The translations under genes were made by a program, and so were the position numbers. The notes under the pieces were generated by a model, which saw only the letters and a list, made by a program, of their open reading frames with translations, searched no databases and was not told where the DNA came from. Source: a virus (lineage: Duplodnaviria > Caudoviricetes). From it: a stretch of 64,000 bases of DNA. The stretch spans positions 96,001-160,000 of the IMG/VR virus record IMGVR_UViG_3300021400_000138; one strand, given 5' to 3'. This document shows, in pieces, positions 1 to 9,500 of this stretch (positions within the stretch are counted from its first letter, which is position 1; each line of letters starts with the position of its first letter).

Positions 1-115
1 TGCAAGAGATATGTGTTTATTAAAGATCTCGATTATAAAGATTATAAAAACTATCCATTTGCTAGATTGAATAATGTATGTAAACGTACAAATTACAAAA
101 TGTATTTGAAAGTAG

Positions 116-367
116 ATGATGTACAACATGAAGACAGCAACGATCAGATTAAAGAACAGTGAAGACGTTAGTTTAGCCTGTGCTATTTTCAATACATATA
201 TTTGGGACATTGACGCAGTATCTGGTAGGTACTGCGTTGATGCTAAAAGTGTATTGGGGCTATTTTTATTGTTAGATCAAAATATAGATATTTATTTACA
301 CTCTGATGTATATGACATGCACAAAGAGTTACGAGAGGAGTTAAAAGATTGGCTCATCAAAAACTAA
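116..367 (+). CDS. HPr-like (PTS phosphocarrier fold) protein
   Basis: DIDAVSGRYCVDAKSVLGLF matches the HPr Ser46 motif (DAKS.MG); no His15 motif visible. Confidence 0.7.
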   Translation: MMYNMKTATIRLKNSEDVSLACAIFNTYIWDIDAVSGRYCVDAKSVLGLFLLLDQNIDIYLHSDVYDMHKELREELKDWLIKN

Positions 368-753
368 GTGAAGAAGAGGCTAGACAGCCAGAAGAACATA
401 TCAACCAAACATTTTATCAGTTGATAATGCAGAAAAATTTGTTAAAGCCTGAACAGTTTGATATTGATCCCGCAGATGAAAATATCTGGGAACTTATTCT
501 GGAGAGGGCGAATAAGATCAAGATGGAATATGTTGCGATGCGAAGAAATCCCAAGATTGCATTTCGTGACCAGCGTATGAGAGATAGCTTTCATAGATTC
601 TGTTGCCTTATTGGAGGATTTTATGTTCAGGAGTGGAGCATTGTTCACTCTGAAGTTGAGGGTTATAAAAACCGTAAGCAGCGAAGAGCCGAAATGAAAG
701 AGGCGAAGTTGAAGAGGCAACAAGAGTGGAAGGAGAGAAAGAATGAAAATTGA
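349..753 (+). CDS. hypothetical protein
   Basis: 134-aa ORF overlapping both neighbours, GAGGAG RBS upstream. Confidence 0.6.
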   Translation: MAHQKLSEEEARQPEEHINQTFYQLIMQKNLLKPEQFDIDPADENIWELILERANKIKMEYVAMRRNPKIAFRDQRMRDSFHRFCCLIGGFYVQEWSIVHSEVEGYKNRKQRRAEMKEAKLKRQQEWKERKNEN

Positions 754-1387
754 AAATACAGAAGTATGGGGATTTAAAGGAGCAATTCGTGGTGCAAGAA
801 ACCCAATGAATTCCTGGGATAGAATGGACAGCACTTTTGATAATGAAATTGTAATTGGCCCAAATGATCTTAAACTCTGCCAAAGTCTTGTTAAAGCTGG
901 TACGGAACACGCAAAATTTATGCGAATGATCCATGTTCAGGCGGATTTAACTTTGCCACGTTTTATATGGAGTGAATTTGATACATATAAATTTGTGGAA
1001 AAGAATAGTCAAAGTACGATTCATAAATTATTGAATACGTTTAACGAAATTACTTTAGATATGTTTGAAACAGATTATACATGGAATGAGTTTTATCTTA
1101 AAAGAGCAGCAATTGATGAACTTGAAAAACTTCGGAAGCAATATGCCGAGGTTAAAGCATCAAAAGATGTTGAAAATAAACAAGAAATCTTAAATGAATT
1201 ACTTTTCCGCGCAAAAATGATCCTGCCAGAATCTTTTCTTCAGTTAAGAACCATAGATACAAATTATGCCGAACTTCGAAATATATACTTTCAGAGAAAA
1301 AATCATAAGATGCCACAATGGCATACAATTTGCGATTGGATTAAAAGTTTACCATACGGTGAAGAACTGATAACATTAGGAGAATAA
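743..1387 (+). CDS. ThyX/Thy1-fold protein (divergent)
   Basis: EHAKFMRMIHV..DLTLPRFIWSEFDTYK..NSQST..LPES...TNYAELRNIYFQRK pattern; canonical RHR motif absent. Confidence 0.6.
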   Translation: MKIENTEVWGFKGAIRGARNPMNSWDRMDSTFDNEIVIGPNDLKLCQSLVKAGTEHAKFMRMIHVQADLTLPRFIWSEFDTYKFVEKNSQSTIHKLLNTFNEITLDMFETDYTWNEFYLKRAAIDELEKLRKQYAEVKASKDVENKQEILNELLFRAKMILPESFLQLRTIDTNYAELRNIYFQRKNHKMPQWHTICDWIKSLPYGEELITLGE

Positions 1388-1390
1388 TAT

Positions 1391-1840
1391 ATGAAGATAT
1401 TAAAAAATAACTATAATGAATCTACTTGCGAATGTGAAAAGTGTGGTTCTGTTTTATGTATTAGCGAAGATGATTATTACATGGACGAAAACAACAATAC
1501 ATATTGGAGATGCCCACTTTGTAAAGCAAAAAATATTGTTAAAGAACCAGAAATAACTATTGAAACAATTAAGTTTCCGGAATCATTTCATGAGTTTTTG
1601 TCTGAAGAAAAAGGTGGAAATGCTACAGAAATTAAAGATGAAGAAACCAACGACTGGATTAAGGAGTGTTTAAAGTTTCTTAGAAGAAATCCAGATGAAA
1701 CATTTAGATATATTTCGTCTGGAGATACTTTTGTGGCGGTTTTTAAACATTATAGTGATGATGAATATCTTGCTATCGTAAGTAAAGATCACTATGAGTG
1801 TTATATACCTTTTGAAAATGAGGACTTTGAGTATGAATAA
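1391..1840 (+). CDS. hypothetical protein with N-terminal Zn ribbon
   Basis: CEKC...CPLC pairs; AGGAG RBS. Confidence 0.6.
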   Translation: MKILKNNYNESTCECEKCGSVLCISEDDYYMDENNNTYWRCPLCKAKNIVKEPEITIETIKFPESFHEFLSEEKGGNATEIKDEETNDWIKECLKFLRRNPDETFRYISSGDTFVAVFKHYSDDEYLAIVSKDHYECYIPFENEDFEYE

Positions 1841-2396
1841 AAAAATAATTTTATTGAATGGAAGTGCGGCGGCTGGAAAAGACACGTTTGCATCTATGAT
1901 TTCTTCAATCATACCCTCTATGTCATATTCCTCTGTCCAGTATGTTAAAGAAGCCGCAAAAGTTCTCGGCTGGGACGGAGTGACTAAGGATGAAAAGTCC
2001 AGAAAGTTTTTGTCGGATCTTAAGATTCTCGCCACAGAATATAATGATCATCCATACAAGATGTTATGTAAGGTGATTAATGATTTTTTACAAGATGATA
2101 TTCATGAATGGCTTTTTCTTCATGTTCGTGAACCTGGAGAAATTAGAAGATTGGTTAAGGTTTTCCCCGAAATTATTACGGTTCTGGTTATTAATCCGAA
2201 TGTTAGTCCTGTGACGAGTAATATGGCTGATGCAGGAGTGAATCACTACTATAGATATAACGAGAAGATTTTGAATGATGGCAGTCTTGCTGATCTTCAG
2301 AAGAAGGCGGAAGAATTTGTGAGGAAATATAGAATTGAAGACAGTAGAAGAAATGATACGGTCGAAAACTCCGGAAGGGTGGCAGAAGATTATTGA
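1833..2396 (+). CDS. deoxynucleoside monophosphate kinase-like P-loop protein
   Basis: IILLNGSAAAGKDT Walker A, GWDGVTKDEKSRKFL, HVREP; ATG 1833 overlaps upstream stop and has a GAGGA RBS. Confidence 0.7.
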   Translation: MNKKIILLNGSAAAGKDTFASMISSIIPSMSYSSVQYVKEAAKVLGWDGVTKDEKSRKFLSDLKILATEYNDHPYKMLCKVINDFLQDDIHEWLFLHVREPGEIRRLVKVFPEIITVLVINPNVSPVTSNMADAGVNHYYRYNEKILNDGSLADLQKKAEEFVRKYRIEDSRRNDTVENSGRVAEDY

Positions 2397-2507
2397 TGAA
2401 GAAATGAAAAGATTAGGATTGAAATTTGTAAAAAGGGGGGGGGAAAGGTGTCGATTGTGGGCATCTTCTTCCTGAAGATTTTTAGATATAGAGGTGAATA
2501 ATAAAGA

Positions 2508-3314
2508 ATGAATGAAAGAGAAGAAATTTTAAGTAATCATAAATATAATATATGGCAGAGAAAGAATGGAAGTTGGCGATCTTATCTTCCAGATAAAACC
2601 AGAAAGAGCGGAAAGCGTGAAGTCGAGCGCATACATAAAGAAGACCTAGAAGATATAATAGTAGATTTTTATTTAAACCGAGAAAAATATGAAGCTGAAG
2701 CAGAAGAAAATGCCAGGATTATAGAAAAGACCAAAAAAGAAATAGAAGAATTTGAAACCAATAAATTATTAAAGGATGCTGCAACCTTTAAAGAGATTGA
2801 TATCTGGGATATAAAACCAACTTTATACTTAGCTAAACCTACTGGAGAAATTATATCTCGTGAAGCAAATAAGCCGATGAATTTCTATGTAGATGATACT
2901 ACTGAAACTTATGCTGGCTTGCATTATGTGGTATTAAGAACTAATGATGGGCCTAAGCGTTTTTGTGTACCAAGAATTATCTGTGCATTATTCAACGGCA
3001 TGCCACCAGAAGATATGAAAGATCCTACAGTAGATCATATTGACAAGAATTCGTTAAACGATTACTACCAAAATCTGCGCTGGATTGAACGAGAAGCAAA
3101 TTCTGCGATACGAGATAATCGCGCCACAGGCGAACTTAATGGTAGGGCATTGCTTACCACAAAAGATGTAATAGATATTTGTAATCTTTTGGTTAAGAAA
3201 GTAAAAACCGTACCTCAGATTGCCAGGATGTATGGGGTAAGTGATGGATGTATTAGAAACATTAAAGAAAAGAAAAATTGGAAATATATCACTCAATGTT
3301 TTCAGTTTGATTAA
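2508..3314 (+). CDS. HNH endonuclease with integrase-like N-terminal domain and C-terminal HTH
   Basis: TVDHIDKNSLNDYYQNLRW HNH motif; GELNGRALLT..DV..I...IARMYGVS HTH; N-terminus similar to that of the adjacent integrase. Confidence 0.8.
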   Translation: MNEREEILSNHKYNIWQRKNGSWRSYLPDKTRKSGKREVERIHKEDLEDIIVDFYLNREKYEAEAEENARIIEKTKKEIEEFETNKLLKDAATFKEIDIWDIKPTLYLAKPTGEIISREANKPMNFYVDDTTETYAGLHYVVLRTNDGPKRFCVPRIICALFNGMPPEDMKDPTVDHIDKNSLNDYYQNLRWIEREANSAIRDNRATGELNGRALLTTKDVIDICNLLVKKVKTVPQIARMYGVSDGCIRNIKEKKNWKYITQCFQFD

Positions 3315-3393
3315 CCATTTATATAGGAAGAGATTATTTTAGAAGAAGGGAGAATTTTAATTATAAGTTAAACTTTGATTAAATAAATATTAC

Positions 3394-4617
3394 ATGAAAG
3401 ATAAGAATTTGAAAGATAAAGATAAAAATGATATAATGTCTTCGCTAGGTATCAGCGAATATATTATGTTGAGTAAAAAGGAGAAATATTTAGATAAACA
3501 CAAGTATTCAATTTGGCAGAGTAAAGATGGAAAGTACTGGTACACTTATTTTCCAGATAAAACAAAAAAGACTGGATACAAACAAATAAGAAGACACTCG
3601 AAGTTGGAAATTGATTTAGAGATTATAAAATATTATGAATCTCTTTCAGAAAGAAAGCTAATAGAAGATGTCTTTATTGAATGGAATGATCATCGCCTGG
3701 AACTAAATAAGATTAGCAAATCTACTCATTTGCGAAATGAACAAATTTTTAATAAGCATTTTGGTGATATTGCACAAGATCCAATTGATGAAATGTCCCC
3801 TGATGATTTTTCTGATTTTCTTGAAGAACAGATACCAAAACATTCTTTAACTAGTAAAGCTTTTTCTAATCTCAAAGGAATAGTTAAAGGGATGTTGAAG
3901 CTTGCGAGAAAAAGAGGATACATAAACTATACAGCTGATGACGTATTTGCAATATTGGATATTTCAGACAGATCATTTAGAAAAGTTATTAAAGAAGATG
4001 AAGATGAGGTATATAATGAAGAAGAGATGGAGATTATTCTGAAATATCTCACCGATAACAAAGATCCCAAAAATCTTGGTATTCTTCTTATGTTTGTGAC
4101 CGGAATACGAGTTGGAGAACTTGTTGCCTTGAAACATTCTGATTTTCAAGATAATGTTGTTAAAATCAGAAGGACAGAAACAAGAGTTCCAAAAGAAGAA
4201 AGATCTGGATCAGATTATATTGTGAAGGAATTCCCAAAATCTGCCGCCGGAGTACGATCAGTTGTTATTCCTGAAGAATTTCTATGGCTTGCCCAGGTTT
4301 TATCTTATGGCGAACCAGACGAATTCGTTTTTATTAATGAAGAAGGAGATAGGCTTACAACAAACGCCATCAGGAGAAGGCTTGAAAGAGTTTGCAAATA
4401 TCTTGGCATTAAGCAAAAGTCTCCACATAAGATAAGGAAGACATACGGATCGATACTTCTGGATAATAATGTGGACAATAATCTGATAAAAGGACAGATG
4501 GGACATACAGATATCGGATGTACTGAGACACATTATCACCGGAATCGGAAAGATAACGAAAAAAAATCTGAGATCATAAGCAATATCCCAGATTTTAAAG
4601 CTGTTAGTAACTTATAA
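3394..4617 (+). CDS. int: tyrosine integrase
   Basis: TGIRVGEL (R), PKS (K), HKIRKTY (HxxR), MGHTDIGCTETHY (H,Y); no TAG codons. Confidence 0.92.
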   Translation: MKDKNLKDKDKNDIMSSLGISEYIMLSKKEKYLDKHKYSIWQSKDGKYWYTYFPDKTKKTGYKQIRRHSKLEIDLEIIKYYESLSERKLIEDVFIEWNDHRLELNKISKSTHLRNEQIFNKHFGDIAQDPIDEMSPDDFSDFLEEQIPKHSLTSKAFSNLKGIVKGMLKLARKRGYINYTADDVFAILDISDRSFRKVIKEDEDEVYNEEEMEIILKYLTDNKDPKNLGILLMFVTGIRVGELVALKHSDFQDNVVKIRRTETRVPKEERSGSDYIVKEFPKSAAGVRSVVIPEEFLWLAQVLSYGEPDEFVFINEEGDRLTTNAIRRRLERVCKYLGIKQKSPHKIRKTYGSILLDNNVDNNLIKGQMGHTDIGCTETHYHRNRKDNEKKSEIISNIPDFKAVSNL

Positions 4618-4630
4618 ATAATTAAGAAGA

Positions 4631-4790
4631 ATCTCTTAACGATCTCTTAATTTTAGCCTATTGATGAGCTAAAAGCCCTGAAAATAGGCAAAAGAAAAGC
4701 TGCTGACGGGAATCGGAGAAGTGACCGCATGGCTTGAAAGCCCGTAAAATAGGCATTCTTTAAAAAAATAATCTTTTAACGTTTTTAACG
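4631..4790. other. attP-like site; core 4698-4715 equals the reverse complement of a tRNA T-loop/3' acceptor end (Thr-like)
   Basis: AGCTGCTGACGGGAATCG = rc of CGATTCCCGTCAGCAGCT; flanked by direct repeats AAAGCCC..AAAATAGGCA (4672, 4737) and ATCT(C/T)TTAA repeats (4631, 4642, 4771), just downstream of int. Confidence 0.7.
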
Positions 4791-4840
4791 GCCAATAATC
4801 AGGAGGTCATAGCTGATATCTAGCAAATTTCAGCCGACCA

Positions 4841-4895
4841 GAAAAGCATATATGAAAGAATAGTTCTCATCATATTTTTTCATATATGCTTTTTT
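4841..4895. terminator. long hairpin/terminator
   Basis: AAAAGCATATATGAAA...TTTCATATATGCTTTTT inverted repeat. Confidence 0.6.
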
Positions 4896-5004
4896 ATATC
4901 ACCACAGCGATACCTCGCCAAATTGTACTTTTTTCAATACAATCCTCATCTTATATACAAAAATTATTATTCTCCTTTATAATTAAATAAAAAGGAGGTA
5001 CATC

Positions 5005-6000
5005 ATGATAAATCTAAAATCTTCATCCTGGAATCCAAAACGTCTTTGCACTCAAATAGAAAAAGGTAATGCATCATTCGATAACGAGATCCAAAGAGCA
5101 GCAGTATGGAATGCCACTCAGAAATCTCTCCTCATTCATAGCATGATAATAGGCTATCCAATTCCGCCACTTTATGCAACACAGAATGACAAGATCATAG
5201 ACTTTCTTGACGGTAAACAACGTTCACTGGCGATATATGATTTCCGCAATAATAAACTGGCACTTCGTGAACTTCCGGAAATCAAAACAGATGATGGGCC
5301 AGTTGATATTACTGGTATGAAATATAAAGATCTTCCAGAAGAACTGAAAGATTCTTTTGACAACTATTCCCTAACCATCACAATCATGGATAATATTACC
5401 CGTGAAGAATCCGAAGAAATATTTTTCCGTCTCAACAACGGTACGGCGCTAAAAACAGCGGATAAAAACTTCGCCAAGGCTATATCTAAAGACAGCATCA
5501 TAAAACTATGTGAACACGAAATATTTGAACGTGCATTAACTAAGAATGCCCAGGCTAAACTTGCCCAAAGACCAATAGTTATACAATCCATAATGTTGTT
5601 ATCTGGTCAACACAATCTTTCTGCACGACAAATGGCCGAGTTTTTATCACAACATAAAATCACCAACGATGAATATGAACAAATTTCTTCTTTATACGAC
5701 AGATTAGATACAATCGCCGCAAGTATTGCTTCGGACGAAAATATAGCCACTACACAGCGCAAAAAGACCATACGTCATTTACTAAGCAGAACAAATCTTC
5801 CATCTGTACTTCCGCTTATGAGTTCCACAGAAGATGATGATAAACTACAAGGTTTCTTCGCAAAATTTTTCGGTAGTGATTCAAAATCTTCGATTAATGA
5901 AAGTTACAACGAAGCTTGCGGAGCGGGATCAACTCATTTGAGTAACGTAGAAAGAAGATTGGATATTCTAGACAAAGAATTCAAAAAAATAAAATCGTAA
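5005..6000 (+). CDS. DUF262 / ParB-like (GmrSD N-terminal type) protein
   Basis: QR..VW...QKSLLIHSM..GYPIP, LDGKQR, FFRLNNG motifs; AAGGAGG RBS. Confidence 0.85.
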   Translation: MINLKSSSWNPKRLCTQIEKGNASFDNEIQRAAVWNATQKSLLIHSMIIGYPIPPLYATQNDKIIDFLDGKQRSLAIYDFRNNKLALRELPEIKTDDGPVDITGMKYKDLPEELKDSFDNYSLTITIMDNITREESEEIFFRLNNGTALKTADKNFAKAISKDSIIKLCEHEIFERALTKNAQAKLAQRPIVIQSIMLLSGQHNLSARQMAEFLSQHKITNDEYEQISSLYDRLDTIAASIASDENIATTQRKKTIRHLLSRTNLPSVLPLMSSTEDDDKLQGFFAKFFGSDSKSSINESYNEACGAGSTHLSNVERRLDILDKEFKKIKS

Positions 6001-6034
6001 AAAATGGGGTAGGACATATAATCCTACCCCTTAA
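6001..6034. terminator. bidirectional terminator between convergent blocks
   Basis: GGGGTAGGA-catataa-TCCTACCCC hairpin with A/T flanks. Confidence 0.75.
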
Positions 6035-6073
6035 AATATTGTATCTGATATCACATATAATATTTGTTAAGTA

Positions 6074-6409
6074 TTACTTTTCTTCAATCTTATCTTTGTC
6101 TTTATTGAAAATCTTATCAAGCTGAGTATAAGCGTATTTCTGCGCCGCATCAAATGTGGCCTATACCAGTCCACGAATAGTTTCTTTGGTAAAGATTACT
6201 CTCATTGGCGCAGGAATTTTATCAAAAATAAATGAGACCACAAACTCTTGTTTGATAGATCCAGCCTTCATTACCGAGGAGTATTCCATCTCAGCTTCAC
6301 AAATTTTTTCTTGCGCCATTTCAATAATGTTGGTGCGGGTTTTAAGATAAACGACAATAAATCCAAGTAAAATCCATGCGATATTCAGCAATACTGTTCC
6401 AATATTCAT
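6074..6409 (-). CDS. holin-like membrane protein (111 aa, 1 TAG)
   Basis: N-terminal TM helix; frame continues through TAG 6161 (RGLVQATFDAAQKYA) to TAA 6074. Confidence 0.7.
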
Positions 6410-6422
6410 AAATCATTCCTCC

Positions 6423-6941
6423 TTAATACGTTGGAAATCCACTTTCAAGATATTCCGCATAGCGTTTCTTTATATATGCAATAGCAAGATCAACCTGTCC
6501 ATTTTCTAAATGATTTTCTACCAAAATCTTTTCATACTTGTCATATGTGGAAAGAATATGATCGAAATTTTCTTTGGAGTAATCCCGTTTTTGACATGCG
6601 TTACCAAAATCAAGTATCTCATATCTCATGCGTTCAATCTTGTCATCCAACATTGATTTCTTTATTCCATCAAGAGCGTCCATAATATTAGTTTGAAACT
6701 TTTTCATTTCTTCGTGATCAGATTCCTAGAGCTATTTAAGTTCTTGAGTCTCTTCTTCAATTTTATTAATCTTTTCACTCTACTCCTTTTCTCTCCGAGA
6801 TGCATTGGTACTAATACCAAACCTCTCTTTAAAATAGTCAAACAACTTAACAATCAACTAAAAAAATAACAACGCCGCCAAAATGGTAACAATAATTTCA
6901 CCTTTGTTACCAACAGATAATAATTGATTTAGCTCATCCAT
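6423..6941 (-). CDS. membrane/coiled-coil lysis-module protein (172 aa, 4 TAG)
   Basis: AAAGGAG RBS, ATG 6941, MDELNQLLSVGNKGEIIVTILAALLFFQLIVKLF TM; in frame with track ORF 6423-6707. Confidence 0.75.
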
Positions 6942-7018
6942 GACTCACTCCTTTCTAGACTTTACAATAAGTTAATTCCTTTTACTCAATATGATAAATT
7001 AAGAAATTAAATAACTTC

Positions 7019-7555
7019 TTAATTATCTTCTTTGTCATTATCAACTTTAACATTGGTTGTTTCATCCATAAAACTTAATACGCTAAGAAGATCATAATCT
7101 AACGAGGTATCATTTGGCAAACTATCAACAAAATCATCAATGTTAATTGTTGAAATTTCAATATCATTTTGTTCTCCCAATATTTCCTGTAACTTTTCAT
7201 TCAAATCGTTTACAGCGTTTGAATATTCATCATAATACTCATCTTTAATTTTTCTCATCTGAACCGTTTCTTCTGTTCCATCTTCTTTAAGAATAGGATT
7301 CCCATCGTCATCTTTTTTTACCTCGTAATATTCGGTTGATTTTTCTTCTGTAAAATATTTTCCTTGTAGTTCTTTTACCAGGCCGTCCCTAAATTCTTCA
7401 AAAGTTTTTACAATTGGTACAATTCTATCTATATTTTTTTTTAAATACCAACGCATTTTTGTCGGCAAGCTTTTTAATTGATCCTCTTCAACATTATTAA
7501 TAAATGCACAAATGTTAACAATGTCATACGTAGTAAATGTTTTAGTAATATTCAT
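7019..7555 (-). CDS. hypothetical acidic phage protein
   Basis: 178-aa ORF with AAGGAG RBS, no TAG. Confidence 0.65.
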   Translation of the reverse strand: MNITKTFTTYDIVNICAFINNVEEDQLKSLPTKMRWYLKKNIDRIVPIVKTFEEFRDGLVKELQGKYFTEEKSTEYYEVKKDDDGNPILKEDGTEETVQMRKIKDEYYDEYSNAVNDLNEKLQEILGEQNDIEISTINIDDFVDSLPNDTSLDYDLLSVLSFMDETTNVKVDNDKEDN

Positions 7556-7585
7556 AATTAATTCTCCTTTTTATTTCATAATAAT

Positions 7586-8509
7586 TTAGATTAAATACAT
7601 AAAGTTCATTCTTAGAGATCTTCCGCTAGAAATAGCAGTCCTTGTAAAGATTCCAGTTGTTGTATTGCCGCCAATTGTGATTCTATGTAATTCAACCGGA
7701 ATGTATCCGTCAACGGTACTAAAAATTAAAACAGGTGTATTATTTGAAACATCGCCTATATTTGGCAGGCCTTTTACAATGTCTGAAAGAACGGGAACTT
7801 CTGTAGTAATATTTAATTGAGCACAGAATCCAACAAAATTTTCATTCTTTATGCATTTATAATTAAGTGTTCCATAATCTGTAGTAATACCAGTTGTTAT
7901 TTTCTCTGCACCCCCGCTTATGTTCAATGAAGCGATTGCTTCCTATATGGTTTGTGGTTTCCCCGCCAACACAGATTCACTATATTGTTCAACGATAGCT
8001 TTTGCTAAAACACTATAATCAACTTTTTTTGCGCCATTGTTTGATGTTATCGCAATCGCATCAGAATTAGAAATTGTTGTTTGACTTTGTAATCCACTTA
8101 ATGAATTACTTAAAACATCTTTAGCAGCTATCTTATTTAATGTAGTTCCTCCTTTACTCACTAATAGATAATCAGATGCTGGAGTAATTGAAGATGCAGT
8201 TGATACACCGTTTATGTCCTAAAATGTAACATATGATTTCGTTGAATCAAACGATAATTTCTCAAAAATTGCATTACATATATCTGGAAATTGAATTCTT
8301 TTTACTTTGCTTCCATCAGATATAAAAACATAGTAACTGTCTGGAATTATAGTTGATGCAGCTACTGTATTAATATCTCTACTTCCAGCCAAACTACCAT
8401 TTATTTCATTGGTAAATGTTGCATTGCCAGTAAATGTAGCATTTTTGGCGGTTAATTCCTATGTTTCAATTGCTTCAGCAACCAAGTTATCATAACGTGC
8501 ATCGGCCAT
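7586..8509 (-). CDS. tail fibre-associated structural protein (307 aa, TAG-recoded)
   Basis: AGGAGG RBS, ATG 8509; joins track ORFs 7943-8161 and 7586-7927 in one frame. Confidence 0.7.
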
Positions 8510-8541
8510 ATATTCTCACCTCCTAATCATTGGTTGTCTTA

Positions 8542-9129
8542 TTAACCTTTTAACTCATTATACATGCGAACAATTTGATCATACATTAACGAGATATTTG
8601 TGTTATAGTTACGGCAATTAGTTTCAGAAAGACTTGCCGTTTCGGCAGCTTCCGCCGCATTAGTTGCAAGTGTTACAAAATTTTGCCTAGTTGATTCCAC
8701 TCGATTAAGAAGCGCATTAATTGCTGCACTTTGCACTGGTGAAATAGCATCTTGGTCTTCTTGATTTAAAAAATTATCTTTGATAATAATCTTTGAAAAT
8801 TCATCGCTTACATATATCGCTTGACTTTGATCAAACGTATCTTCAGTAATTTCATATGCTAAATCAGTTACAATTAATATCATTGTCCATCTACCGGGGT
8901 ACACTGTTAATGAAGATGTAATTTCATAATAGTCATCAACTATTGGCTCAATAAAGTACTTATTCAAGGTGGGATTTTTTAAAGCAATATAAAAATTCCC
9001 GTCCAATGTTCCATCGTAAGTAAAATGAAATCGTATTGTTTGATTATCATATTTATTAATCAATATTTTTTCTGTACAAGTTAACTGTTTTCCAACCTGT
9101 ACAATCTCAAAATCTTTATATGTTATCAT
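8542..9129 (-). CDS. BppU-like baseplate/fibre anchor protein
   Basis: beta-rich N-terminus followed by AAEAAETASLSETN coiled coil. Confidence 0.5.
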   Translation of the reverse strand: MITYKDFEIVQVGKQLTCTEKILINKYDNQTIRFHFTYDGTLDGNFYIALKNPTLNKYFIEPIVDDYYEITSSLTVYPGRWTMILIVTDLAYEITEDTFDQSQAIYVSDEFSKIIIKDNFLNQEDQDAISPVQSAAINALLNRVESTRQNFVTLATNAAEAAETASLSETNCRNYNTNISLMYDQIVRMYNELKG

Positions 9130-9491
9130 GGAGTAATATCCTCCTTTTCTATGCGTTTTATAACAGGAATGGTATTTTTGGCAATTGTATTTTCTATATT
9201 TCCTTTCTTAAGAAATACAAATAAATTAATGTCATTCCCTTCTTTTAACAAATCATTAGGAATTTTTGTTTTTACTGTATTTTTATTTAACGTTGATGTG
9301 GCAACCGTAGCCTTTTTACTATTTTTTGTCCAAAAATGAATTTCAATTTCAATATTTTCAATTTCGGAAAGGACAGTGAATTTATTCTCTGGTTTTAATA
9401 CGATAATAATTTCTTGATTTTTATCCCATTGATATAGGTATTCTAGTTTTTCACCTGATAATTTTTTGATAATACAATCCAAAGTATTCAC
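9126..9491 (-). CDS. BppU N-terminal-like Ig-fold protein
   Basis: LYQWDKNQ...EIHF...KIPNDLL...IPVIKR pattern typical of Firmicute phage fibre N-domains. Confidence 0.55.
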   Translation of the reverse strand: MNTLDCIIKKLSGEKLEYLYQWDKNQEIIIVLKPENKFTVLSEIENIEIEIHFWTKNSKKATVATSTLNKNTVKTKIPNDLLKEGNDINLFVFLKKGNIENTIAKNTIPVIKRIEKEDITP

Positions 9492-9500
9492 TTCCTTTCT

